Assembly (NCBI GenBank): GCA_016714165.1
Contig: JADJNU010000001.1
Location: 45,130-109,129, forward strand
DNA from: Bdellovibrionales bacterium
GTDB lineage: Bacteria; Bdellovibrionota; Bdellovibrionia; Bdellovibrionales; UBA1609
DNA length: 64,000 nucleotides
Direction of reading: 5' to 3'
A model generated the notes under the pieces. The model was not told the DNA's origin. It saw only the letters and a list, made by a program, of their open reading frames with translations, and ran no database searches. Positions 1-9,017 of the stretch are shown here, one piece after another; positions within the stretch are counted from its first letter, which is position 1; every line of letters starts with the position of its first letter. The translations under genes and the position numbers were made by a program.

Positions 1-1116
1 GATGAGCGTCGTTTCCTGGGAGTTATTCATGGTCCCAAGCTGGAACTTTCCTACTGGACTGATCTTAATAGAAGGCGTGTTAACCACCGAGGCTCCGCCG
101 AGATCGAGCTGGCCCATACCGTTCATCTGCAAAACCTGGTTTGGACCAGTGCCCACATTGACGTTGATGGTTCCTGAAGTCGTAATAGTGCCAGCGACTA
201 GTCCTGTTCCAGCCGTGATCGATGTGACGGTGCCACCTGCGGGCACCGTATAGGCTTCCCACCTATTGTTGCTCGTGCTCCAACGAATTGACTGTCCATC
301 TGTCGGTGTGGGAGCAGAAAAATTCTGACCTCCCAACTTGCCATCACTGTAACTTTTATTTACAGCTTCATCGCCGGAAATTGGTGTTGCTAACTGTGAG
401 AGGCGTTGATTGTTCATGGTCATCGTGCTGGTGGGATTCCAATTGGATCCGTCGCTCTTGGTATAGAGGGCCGAAGTTCCGTCAGCAAGTTGGTTAAGGG
501 CCGTTGCACGACTTGAAAGGCCTTCAAGATTTGTCTGAGAAACTGAACCCAGCACTTGAATGAGCTCGCTGGGAGAGATTCCCTGAATTGTCTGGGCAAC
601 AAAGGCCGAGGGGACAGAAGAAAGTACGTAGTCAGGTGTGATTTGTTGTTCGCCACTGACTCCGTCATTGACATAGACGCGCAGATGCCTGGCAGCTCCC
701 GAGGTGGGAGTGTATCCTGAAACGCAAGGTGATGCGGCAGGAATTCCAGTTGAAACCATATTGCTAAAAATCGTGCTCATTGCGTTGCCAGGGTCGGAAC
801 CGCTGCGCTTTGCATCGCCGAGAGTGGATCCAATATTCAGTGAAAATCGTCCGATATTTTCTGGATCGATACTCGATAAATCTACGTTCATTTGAGTTTC
901 TTCATAAAGCATGCAAGTGGACGATGGGTCCCAGATTTGAAATCGAAATGATGCAGAATTGCTATTGTTAGGCGTTCCGGAGGAAGTAAAAAGACGACCA
1001 TCTAGAGTGAATGTTAATTCGACATCACCCGCCTTTGCTTTTAGTCCGACAGAGAACGAAGTCATTATCAGAACCAACGAAGACAGAATGATAGAAAATC
1101 GACTGCCTGCTTTCAC
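1..1116 (-). CDS. Secreted fibre/adhesin-like protein, N-terminal 372 codons (3' end lies beyond the window edge)
   Basis: Own minus-strand translation. The frame is open from GTG at 1114-1116 (GGGGG about 9 nt upstream; in-frame TGA at 1153-1155) down to position 1, with no stop. Signal peptide KAGSRFSIILSSLVLIMTSFSVGLKAKA. The distal part has Gly/Thr repeats (AGGTVTSITAGTGLVAGTITTSGTINVNVGTG). It is absent from the ORF track because it has no in-window stop. Confidence 0.75.
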   Translation of the reverse strand, partial: MKAGSRFSIILSSLVLIMTSFSVGLKAKAGDVELTFTLDGRLFTSSGTPNNSNSASFRFQIWDPSSTCMLYEETQMNVDLSSIDPENIGRFSLNIGSTLGDAKRSGSDPGNAMSTIFSNMVSTGIPAASPCVSGYTPTSGAARHLRVYVNDGVSGEQQITPDYVLSSVPSAFVAQTIQGISPSELIQVLGSVSQTNLEGLSSRATALNQLADGTSALYTKSDGSNWNPTSTMTMNNQRLSQLATPISGDEAVNKSYSDGKLGGQNFSAPTPTDGQSIRWSTSNNRWEAYTVPAGGTVTSITAGTGLVAGTITTSGTINVNVGTGPNQVLQMNGMGQLDLGGASVVNTPSIKISPVGKFQLGTMNNSQETTLI

Positions 1117-1325
1117 CGAATCATTCCCCCAGAAACGTACCAAATAATGGGATCAACCACTGAGCCTCGCCAATAATCACAACCGCGAGCGCCCACACAG
1201 CTTATCGGCTAGACTTTGGTTGAGTTAAAGTGGCCCTCCCAGATTTCATAAATGTGTGCCAAAACATTGGAGCAATGGGTTTTATTGAGATTTTGCAAAA
1301 ACTTGCCCCAGGTTGAGCTGGTGTA

Positions 1326-1922
1326 TCACCGCACTGTGCTGCCTTCGATTCGATAGTTAGGGCTGGACGAGGGCTGGGTGTTTCCAAAACTGATACGAGC
1401 ATCAAGCTTGTAGTTGCCTGAAGAGGTGGAGCCTGAACCGGAGGATACATTTCCCAAAGGAGCCTTGCCCGAATCTACAGGTCTGTAGAGGACATTGACT
1501 GTACTGGCACCACTGGGGCCAATTTTCGTGGAGGAGCGAAGGCCGATCTGAAAAGTTAGTGGCTGGGTCAATTGGCCCCAAAATCCGAGCTGAGTGAGTC
1601 CCTTGAGGTTGATGGAAAAGGAGTGGCTTGATTTTTCACAATTTAACGAAGGAGGTGCCACCGAAAACTCTGAGGCTCCCGCCCATTGACTCAGATCTTT
1701 AAATTGCACCTCGATGTCCTGCACTCGTTGGTCACACTCACCCGACAAGACAATGGTTTGAGTAGGCGAAGTCAAAGTGATCGTTGTCGTCGACTTTCCT
1801 GAGAAAGTGGGATTGGGTATTCTATTTGATCCCAACTCTGAAAATTCAGGAACCCCACCTTCGCATCCGAGGAGAAAGAGAATGAAAAATCCAAAATGGA
1901 GACAAATTCGTATTTGTTTCAC
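1326..1922 (-). CDS. Hypothetical lipoprotein
   Basis: ORF track. MKQIRICLHFGFFILFLLGC is a signal peptide with a lipobox-like LLGC. No family recognised. Confidence 0.65.
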   Translation of the reverse strand: MKQIRICLHFGFFILFLLGCEGGVPEFSELGSNRIPNPTFSGKSTTTITLTSPTQTIVLSGECDQRVQDIEVQFKDLSQWAGASEFSVAPPSLNCEKSSHSFSINLKGLTQLGFWGQLTQPLTFQIGLRSSTKIGPSGASTVNVLYRPVDSGKAPLGNVSSGSGSTSSGNYKLDARISFGNTQPSSSPNYRIEGSTVR

Positions 1923-2802
1923 TTAATGCGCATCGGCAGAAGTGAGTGAATTTTAAAGCCTGTCGCTTTTTGATTTCTTGGCGCCTATGTTGAATTGTTG
2001 GAGTTGGTGTGAATTGGGATGAGTTGATTTTAGTTGGTTCATCTTGACTCGACTCATCTTGAACCGACTCATTTCTCTCAAGAATATGAAGTCCTTGAAG
2101 CCTGAAGTAAAATGGGAGAAGGCGTTCAATGAATGGCAAATGCAAGTGTCCACTCAAAATTTCTTTTTTCGAAATCCATCCTGTCGCTTCGAACTCTCTT
2201 GGCGCTATTCGAATTTTCCTTCTTAATAAGACGCTAAAGAACGTGGTTGATAATAGTGAAACCAGTGAGGAGCTAATTCCGAAAGAAGGGCGGTGAAAGA
2301 CGAGACTGTATCCCTTTTCTAAAGCGATCAGATGAGACTTTAATTCTTTCATCGAGAAACTCTTTGTGATTCCTGGAAAGACAATCACTTCATGAAGTGC
2401 ATGTTTGACTCCGTAGCGCAGGCACGAGGAGAGAGAATCAAAGGGGTGGGAAGAGGTAGCAGGAGATGAGACAGAAAACGCTTTCACATAGGAATAATTT
2501 TGTGCAAGCCCAATCGTGATCATTTTTGAATGATCAGTTGAGCCGTAGTCAACATATATGATTTCAAATGAAATTTCTGAATTTTCCAATTCACGGGTGA
2601 TTTCGGCAAAATTTGCCAAAAGAAGACTTTCGCTATTTTTAACTGGAATGATAAGGGAAATAGCAGGGAGTTTGGACGTAAAATCGGGCCTTGGAGAAAG
2701 CAAAGGTTCAAGTGATTGAGCTGAAATTCTATGAGACTTTTCCTTCGAAGGCATGAGGATATCCCAAAGACAAAGGATAGCATGAGGCGGGATCGCAACC
2801 AA
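1846..2802 (-). CDS. Family-2 glycosyltransferase-like protein
   Basis: GT-A type N-terminal signature LPAISLIIPVKNSE...IIYVDYGSTDHS. Start uncertain (ATG at 2754 is an alternative). The 3' end overlaps the next gene by 77 nt. Confidence 0.7.
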   Translation of the reverse strand: MVAIPPHAILCLWDILMPSKEKSHRISAQSLEPLLSPRPDFTSKLPAISLIIPVKNSESLLLANFAEITRELENSEISFEIIYVDYGSTDHSKMITIGLAQNYSYVKAFSVSSPATSSHPFDSLSSCLRYGVKHALHEVIVFPGITKSFSMKELKSHLIALEKGYSLVFHRPSFGISSSLVSLLSTTFFSVLLRRKIRIAPREFEATGWISKKEILSGHLHLPFIERLLPFYFRLQGLHILERNESVQDESSQDEPTKINSSQFTPTPTIQHRRQEIKKRQALKFTHFCRCALSETNTNLSPFWIFHSLSPRMRRWGS

Positions 2803-3027
2803 CCGGATGAGTCGAAATCAAGACCATTCAAAGGAGAAGTTGCTTGATCACCAGAGACTTTCGTCTCACGAATTTTGCCATGCGCAAAACGGAAGACAAT
2901 TTAAGTCGGGTCAGTATTTTCGTCGAGAAATGCAAATGGGGTTGTGTTCAACGAGAAAAATTTGTCATAATGAAGAGTCTTGTGAATAAAATGATTGGGG
3001 TGGATATTGTTTTTTCCTGAGAATTGA

Positions 3028-3342
3028 GTGCTGCATCCACGGATGGGAGGATGTGTGGCCAACAAAGTCTATGTGGGAAATCTTTCATATGATTTAACTG
3101 ATGATGCTTTGCGAGCTATCTTTGTAGCCTGTGGAGAGATTCTCGAATTAAAAATTGTCAAAGATTTTTATACTGGAAAAGCGAGGGGATTTGGTTTCGT
3201 GACATTTGGAAAACCTGAGGCCGTTGAAAAGGCTGTCGCCCTTGATGGCACGATGATCGGGGGTCGCAGTCTCCGCGTCAGTGTCGCCCAGGACCGCGGT
3301 CGAAGTAGCTCTTTTTTTCATGGCCGAGGGGTGTCGGTTTGA
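3028..3342 (+). CDS. RNA-binding protein with a single RRM domain
   Basis: RNP-2 (VYVGNL) and RNP-1 (RGFGFVTF) motifs. Start uncertain (GTG 3028, ATG 3043 or GTG 3055 after GGGAGGA). Confidence 0.85.
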   Translation: MLHPRMGGCVANKVYVGNLSYDLTDDALRAIFVACGEILELKIVKDFYTGKARGFGFVTFGKPEAVEKAVALDGTMIGGRSLRVSVAQDRGRSSSFFHGRGVSV

Positions 3343-3516
3343 GTCGAGAATTTTTTTTGCTCATGGTCTGGCCGTTAGCGATGGGAATTGATACCTTACG
3401 ATTACGGAAAAGTTGTCTCAGCAGTTGAGTCTGAAAGACTAAAGGTATATCCTCTGCCACCCAAACTGTGATTTATTGGACAGAAGTTGTTCTCTCACTT
3501 TTATTGAGAATGGGAG

Positions 3517-4620
3517 ATGGGAGAGCGAGAAAGGCAAACCATGAGCAAAAAGAACACTGGAAAAATGACAGCTTCAAAAAGAGCGACAGATCTAAAAGGG
3601 TCTGCTGGAAAACGAAGGAGTGAGGGAGGAAAACTTAAAAGGAAGGAATCTCCAAAAAGCAAAAGATCTTTTGCTTCTTCCAAATCCAAGGGTTCTGATC
3701 TTTGTCGTCAAATTATTTGGGCCGTTGATCCTTTTAAGGCAAGTGGGCCGAGTTGGTCGAAGCTAACTTCCATTGTAAAGGCACTGTCCTTAGAGGGAAA
3801 GACCCCTGTTCAACCAGTTTACGTATTGAGTCCAAGCAATTTTAATTTCACGGGAGAGTTTTCCGGACCTTGGGTGTCTGTGTTTGAGCCAAAAGTAAGA
3901 GAGGCATTCACCAGGGTCCTTTCTGGTCTCGGTATTCCGTCCTTACTTGAGCCTGAGATTATTTTGAATAAAGAGAGTTCAATGGCTTCCAATGTGAGCA
4001 AGCTTTTGAAATTTGTTGAAAGGAGTCAGGCAGAAATTTTGGTCATGAACAGTCACGCGCGCACAGGATTGGCCCGGCTTTTTCTGGGGTCTTTTGCGGA
4101 GACTGCTCTCATGGCGACGAAAGTGCCACTTATTTTGGTTAATCCCGAGACCAAGTCAGTGACTCAGTTTAAAAAGGTACTCTTTCCCACGGATTTTTCT
4201 GCGTCTAATAAGAAGGCCTTTAAGAAAGTTTTGGTGTTTTGCAAAAAATACGGTGCACAACTGATCATTTATCATAAGCTCCCGGATCCTATTGAGCCAA
4301 TGGTTCAAACGGGAGTTTACATGGCGGGAGGGGGTTGGGTTTCCGTGCAACAGTATATCGATTTGGAATCTGCTGCGAGGGAGAAGGATAGCCAGGGTTT
4401 AGTTACTGAAGCCGCTAAGGCGGGGGTGGTTGCTCAATTTTTTATTGAAGAAAAGCCTGGTTTTATCACTGATTCAATCAATCAATACATTTCTCAAAAC
4501 GGTGTTGATTTGGTTTCAGTAGGTTCAAAATCGGGGCCAGTTTCGTCTGTTTTGGTGGGTAGCATCGCAAGACAATTGGTTCGAGAAGCCAGCTGCCCGG
4601 TTTGGGTTGTTCACGTTTAA
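3517..4620 (+). CDS. Tandem universal stress protein (UspA-like) with a basic Lys/Ser-rich N-terminal extension
   Basis: Two Usp-like halves ending in ILVMNSHARTGLARLFLGSFAE and VSVGSKSGPVSSVLVGSIARQLVREASCPVWVV. ATG 3541 is an alternative start. Confidence 0.8.
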   Translation: MGERERQTMSKKNTGKMTASKRATDLKGSAGKRRSEGGKLKRKESPKSKRSFASSKSKGSDLCRQIIWAVDPFKASGPSWSKLTSIVKALSLEGKTPVQPVYVLSPSNFNFTGEFSGPWVSVFEPKVREAFTRVLSGLGIPSLLEPEIILNKESSMASNVSKLLKFVERSQAEILVMNSHARTGLARLFLGSFAETALMATKVPLILVNPETKSVTQFKKVLFPTDFSASNKKAFKKVLVFCKKYGAQLIIYHKLPDPIEPMVQTGVYMAGGGWVSVQQYIDLESAAREKDSQGLVTEAAKAGVVAQFFIEEKPGFITDSINQYISQNGVDLVSVGSKSGPVSSVLVGSIARQLVREASCPVWVVHV

Positions 4621-4637
4621 GAAGAGTGGTTGTGGTT

Positions 4638-6062
4638 ATGTCGAGAAAGCTGCGTGTTCAGTTTTTAGGTGGTGCAGGCACTGTCACTGGAAGTCGCACT
4701 TTGGTTCACTATGACAAGTTTCGAATTCTCGTGGACTGCGGGCTCTATCAAGGGCCTAAAGAGATTCGGCAACTCAATTGGGACATTTTTCCTGGGGCAA
4801 AAAATCTCGATGCAGTTGTTTTGACTCATGCTCACATCGATCATTCTGGGTACTTACCCAAGCTGGTCAAAGAGGGCTTTGCGGGCCCTGTCTACTCCAC
4901 TCGTTCAACAAAGGACTTGTGCGAAATCATGCTATTGGACGCGGCTCATCTCCAAGAGGAAGATGCGAGATACGCCAATCGAAGCCGTCATTCCAAACAT
5001 GATCCGGCCCTCCCACTTTACACAACCGATGATGCTGTCAGGGTGCTGAGGCACTTTCAGCCTCTGAGTTTTGACGATTGGCATGAGATGGTTCCGGGCT
5101 TGAGTCTGCGTTTTTTGAGAGCCGGGCATATTTTGGGTTCGTCTATTATTCAATTTGCATACGAAGGAGATCACGGTTCGCGCCTGATCAGCTTTTCTGG
5201 AGATCTAGGCAATGGGCGTTCTCATATTATTAAGCCTCCCGTCGCTCTGACCGAAACAGATTATTTGGTGCTCGAGTCGACCTACGGAGATCGAGTTCAG
5301 CCGAGAGAGGATCATGTTGATTTGCTTGGCAAAATAATCAAGAAGGTGTTGGGACGAGGAGGGACTCTGGTCGTTCCCGCTTTTACTGTTGGTAGAACCC
5401 AAGAGCTGCTTTACATCATTCGTGAATTGGAGAGCCAAAAAATCATACAAAAAACACCTGTTTACGTTGATAGTCCCATGGCACTGGATGCGACTCAGGT
5501 GTACATGAATCATCCGGAAGAGCTGCGGCTTGCATTTATCGATGGACAATTGCAAACGCCTCTTTGCACGACCTCCTATGAAGCTGTGAGATCCTCTGAC
5601 GAGTCCATGTTGTTGTGTATGGATACTTCTCCAAAAGTTGTTATATCGGCGGCTGGAATGCTGACGGGGGGAAGAATTCTTCATCACCTTAAAGCAAAAC
5701 TGCCAGATCCGAAGAGTGCCGTTCTATTTGTAGGGTACCAAGCTGAAGGAACAAAGGGCTTGCTGCTAAAACAAGGTTTGACTAATGTTCGGATTCACCA
5801 CCAGTTGGTGACCGTCGAAGCTGAAATCATATCGGTAGATAGTTTTTCCGCTCATGCAGATTCCGATGATATTATGGATTGGCTCAAGAATCTTAAATGT
5901 CCTCCACGAGGTGTGTTTTTGAATCATGGAGAACCAAATGCCTTGCGATCACTCCGGTATCGAATCATTCATGAGTTGGGCTGGAAAGTTGTGATTCCTC
6001 AGTTGAATGACGAGTTTCTGATCAATGGTCAGAAGAAAAATCTTGATCTGGAGAGGCAATGA
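4638..6062 (+). CDS. MBL-fold beta-CASP family hydrolase (RNA-metabolising metallo-beta-lactamase type)
   Basis: HxHxDH motif (LTHAHIDHSGYLP) and a late FSAHAD motif typical of beta-CASP. N-terminus MSRKLRVQFLGGAGTVTGS. ATG 4638 is preferred over the track start at 4602. Confidence 0.85.
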   Translation: MSRKLRVQFLGGAGTVTGSRTLVHYDKFRILVDCGLYQGPKEIRQLNWDIFPGAKNLDAVVLTHAHIDHSGYLPKLVKEGFAGPVYSTRSTKDLCEIMLLDAAHLQEEDARYANRSRHSKHDPALPLYTTDDAVRVLRHFQPLSFDDWHEMVPGLSLRFLRAGHILGSSIIQFAYEGDHGSRLISFSGDLGNGRSHIIKPPVALTETDYLVLESTYGDRVQPREDHVDLLGKIIKKVLGRGGTLVVPAFTVGRTQELLYIIRELESQKIIQKTPVYVDSPMALDATQVYMNHPEELRLAFIDGQLQTPLCTTSYEAVRSSDESMLLCMDTSPKVVISAAGMLTGGRILHHLKAKLPDPKSAVLFVGYQAEGTKGLLLKQGLTNVRIHHQLVTVEAEIISVDSFSAHADSDDIMDWLKNLKCPPRGVFLNHGEPNALRSLRYRIIHELGWKVVIPQLNDEFLINGQKKNLDLERQ

Positions 6063-6685
6063 AAATAGTTCTCACGGGAGGTCCTTCAGGCGGAAAGACC
6101 ACGATGGCTTTGTCTATTACAAAATCATTTTCTCGTCGAGTGACAATGATTCCCGAAGCTGCAAGTATTTTGTTTAGCGGCGGATTTTCGAGGCGTAGTT
6201 TTCCCGAAGCGATTAAGCTTCAGCAAAAGGCAATTTATGCGGTTCAGGTCGCCCATGAAGGAATTTTCGAGATAGAAAATGTGAAGCAGAACTTATTGAT
6301 TTGCGACCGCGGCACATTGGATGGATTGGCTTATTGGCCAGAGATGCAGGAAGATGGATTTTTTAGGGCCGTTGAATCGACATTGGAGCAAGAATTGAAT
6401 CGTTATGACTGGGTTATCCACTTAGATACGGCCGGGGCTGAGTCCTATGACAAGGATAACGTCGTTCGCATCGAAAATCACAAAGAGGCCGACTTAATTA
6501 ATCAGAAGATAAAAAAGTGTTGGGCCGGGCATCCTCGTCGTTTTATTATTCCGAGCACCGAATCTTTCTTTAAGAAGGTGTCGGCTGTGATTTCCATTGT
6601 GGAATGTATTCTCTCCAATCAGGACTATGATTCAATCTGTAAAAGTCTCCCGATTGATGTTCGTAATGGTGTTTTTAGAAGCTAA
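6059..6685 (+). CDS. Small P-loop ATPase (COG3911/AAA_28-like)
   Basis: Walker A GGPSGGKTT at residues 7-15. ATGA start/stop overlap with the beta-CASP gene. Confidence 0.75.
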   Translation: MKIVLTGGPSGGKTTMALSITKSFSRRVTMIPEAASILFSGGFSRRSFPEAIKLQQKAIYAVQVAHEGIFEIENVKQNLLICDRGTLDGLAYWPEMQEDGFFRAVESTLEQELNRYDWVIHLDTAGAESYDKDNVVRIENHKEADLINQKIKKCWAGHPRRFIIPSTESFFKKVSAVISIVECILSNQDYDSICKSLPIDVRNGVFRS

Positions 6686-6713
6686 TTTCACAGAACGGCT
6701 TTCTAAGAAAATC

Positions 6714-7847
6714 TCATTGTGTCCGTGATTCTTTTTTTCGAAGCCAAGCCATAATTGGCCAGTGATCGCTGACCCCTGACGGAGAGGCCTCAGAAAAACG
6801 CGCCGGTGTGAGCCAGCGGCTGACTTGGTATTTGTTTTGATTTGGAATATAAATGGACTTTGGATCGACGTACCATTTGGCTGAGCCCGCTAGTGACATC
6901 TCTTTGTGAAAAAGGAGGGCATCTAAAAAGGACCATGATTTAGCCGGAGCAAAATAGTTTGTTCCCCGGCAATCCTGACATCCAATAAGATGAGAGATTT
7001 GCCATTGAGGAGCCAGTCGGAGTCGAAATTGGCCGATCTTCTTTTCCTCCTCTGATGAAATATTGAAATCACCTCCCGCCACAGTCATACGATCGCTGGG
7101 CAATTTGCTTTTCAGGCGAATGAGGTGGTCGATTGCCTGCTCTCTCCAATAAAAGGGATTATGAGGGGAGGGAAAGTGGACACCGAATACGGTAAGTATC
7201 TCGCTATCAGGGAGGATGAGATTGACCTGTAAGATCCCCCGGCTTCGGGCCATCCATGTCTGGTCCTCAACACTGTTTGCTTTAAACGGAATGACATGTA
7301 GCTTTGCAGGTTCTGAAGAATTTTCTGGTAGGCGAGATAAGAGCCCAATATCGATTCCGCGCTTGTCAGGTCCCTCGATCAGGATCAGCGTTTGATAGTT
7401 AGATTTTTTTAGGTATTGATCGCGCAGCATTTGGAGCACTCGAATGTTCTCGACCTCTTCGAGAAGAAGAATATCAGGTCCAAGGCCTCCGTTGACCTGC
7501 AAAATCACCTGTGCCAAACGCTCGAGCTTTCTCTGGAGAACTGACTCTGACCAATCCATTTTCAAACAAGTGTCCATATGACGTGCATTTGACTCTTTGC
7601 AATTGCTTCGATGTTCACTTGTCTGCTTCTTTGAAAGGGGAAGATAGTCGAAATCCTCTCGATCTGTATCGTGCTGAGTATCGAAAAGGTTCTCCACGTT
7701 GTAGGCCATAAAACTGAGGACGTTCTCGTGCTGAGAATCCTGTGACTGATGATGCACCGTCGTGCAGCCCAAGAGGGCCTGCAAAAGCAGCATTAATGTC
7801 AATCTCGATTTGAGTTTTGGAATTAAGAGCACATTCATGTTTCTCAC
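6714..7847 (-). CDS. Endonuclease/exonuclease/phosphatase (EEP) family lipoprotein
   Basis: Lipobox-like LLQALLGC. EEP motifs MAYNVENLF, GGDFN and SDHWPI. Confidence 0.85.
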   Translation of the reverse strand: MRNMNVLLIPKLKSRLTLMLLLQALLGCTTVHHQSQDSQHENVLSFMAYNVENLFDTQHDTDREDFDYLPLSKKQTSEHRSNCKESNARHMDTCLKMDWSESVLQRKLERLAQVILQVNGGLGPDILLLEEVENIRVLQMLRDQYLKKSNYQTLILIEGPDKRGIDIGLLSRLPENSSEPAKLHVIPFKANSVEDQTWMARSRGILQVNLILPDSEILTVFGVHFPSPHNPFYWREQAIDHLIRLKSKLPSDRMTVAGGDFNISSEEEKKIGQFRLRLAPQWQISHLIGCQDCRGTNYFAPAKSWSFLDALLFHKEMSLAGSAKWYVDPKSIYIPNQNKYQVSRWLTPARFSEASPSGVSDHWPIMAWLRKKESRTQ

Positions 7848-7918
7848 TTTTCACTCCAGCGCGGCTGCGTTGAATTCTCGAAGTCCATTAGGCCTTATGG
7901 GACATCCAATTTCAATCA

Positions 7919-7938
7919 ATTTGCCTTGCAAGGCAAAT
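7919..7938. promoter_or_regulatory. Perfect 20-bp palindrome ATTTGCCTTGCAAGGCAAAT, candidate operator
   Basis: Checked base by base. It lies in the divergent intergenic region between the EEP gene (start 7847) and the 7984/8017 gene. Confidence 0.4.
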
Positions 7939-7983
7939 CTATCCGTGGGAGAAATCGATTCGCAGGCATTTTGATTACGATAA

Positions 7984-9015
7984 GTGTCACCAGAACCATT
8001 TCTCGGGGGATTAGTCTTGAAATATTGGGGTCGAAGAGGTCGATATTTCCTCTTTGTTCTTGCGATACACGGTTTTCTTGGAGTGGGTCATAGTCAAGAA
8101 CTGCCGAGTTCTGCCGATTCACGATTGGCGACGGAGGAGGTTCCAGAGGCAACTCAGGATTTGGCGCTTCCACCTCAACGACGAACTCTCATTCCTATTA
8201 CCGAACAAGATACGATGAGTCGAAAGAAGTCGCCGTTTTCTTACAGTTATTTTAATTGGGCAACTGTCAACTCGAGAGATTACCGGAATGGGGACGGGCA
8301 GTTTTCATTTTATAATTTTGTCGGTGTAGACTACCGGCTCAATTACGAGAGCAAAATTTCTTTCCGGCCCGTATTTTTTCTCTCCAGCGCGGGAAGGAAT
8401 TTTTTTGGTGAGGATGTCGGTTCTGAAATTGCAATAGGTGATCCCTACTTTCAATACTCTCATTATGATATCGCCTTGCTTCCTGGCGATATTGGTCTCT
8501 TTGGTGCATTCAGATTGTATGTCCCTCTCAGTGATGCCTCAAAGGTGAACAAACAATTGACTCGTACCGAAGGTCGATTTGTTTTTACGACTCCAGTTGG
8601 GAGAGGGATTGAGCTGTCTTATCATTTTCATCCGGGATATTACTTTTACGCACGTCGCGGGACAACAAATCATTTTGGTTTTGCAAAAGGAAACAAGCAG
8701 GCTGAGCTTGAGCATTTTTTAGAGTTGAGTGAAAGACTGACAACTGAATTGGGATTTAGCCAGCGAGTGGGATTGACCCACCAGTGGATTTATGATGTTC
8801 CGTCAATGGATTTAGCGTCCAAGCGGGATGAGTTTCTAAATCTGAGTTTTATGGTGAGCTACAGTGTGAGTTCAATCAATTTTCTCGCGGGCATCATCAA
8901 TGATATAAAATTGAGAGAATTTAAGACTCCCTCAGCAAAGCTTCGGCAGAAACCATTGGCTTTATTTCGGGAGGAGGAACTTCAGTATTCACTGATGACT
9001 TATGTGAGGTTTTAG
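7984..9015 (+). CDS. Hypothetical outer-membrane beta-barrel-like protein
   Basis: Signal-like N-terminus (RRGRYFLFVLAIHGFLGVGHS). Sequence rich in short amphipathic strands. Ends with YVRF (terminal aromatic residue). TTG 8017 after GGGGGA is an alternative start. Confidence 0.55.
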   Translation: MSPEPFLGGLVLKYWGRRGRYFLFVLAIHGFLGVGHSQELPSSADSRLATEEVPEATQDLALPPQRRTLIPITEQDTMSRKKSPFSYSYFNWATVNSRDYRNGDGQFSFYNFVGVDYRLNYESKISFRPVFFLSSAGRNFFGEDVGSEIAIGDPYFQYSHYDIALLPGDIGLFGAFRLYVPLSDASKVNKQLTRTEGRFVFTTPVGRGIELSYHFHPGYYFYARRGTTNHFGFAKGNKQAELEHFLELSERLTTELGFSQRVGLTHQWIYDVPSMDLASKRDEFLNLSFMVSYSVSSINFLAGIINDIKLREFKTPSAKLRQKPLALFREEELQYSLMTYVRF

Positions 9016-9017
9016 TT

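Noticed and set aside
2-1147. Short track ORFs on both strands (2..253, 80..262, 288..497, 420..674, 704..895, 780..971, 959..1147).
   Set aside because: They all lie inside, or antisense to, the single long minus-strand frame 1..1116, which has a signal peptide and coherent repeats. I treat them as shadow ORFs.
1294-1309. A weaker sigma-54-like string upstream of the fibre-like gene (minus strand GGGGCA-N5-TTGCA).
   Set aside because: The -24 half matches poorly beyond the GG. The site is about 180 nt from the start codon. I did not count it among the six candidates.
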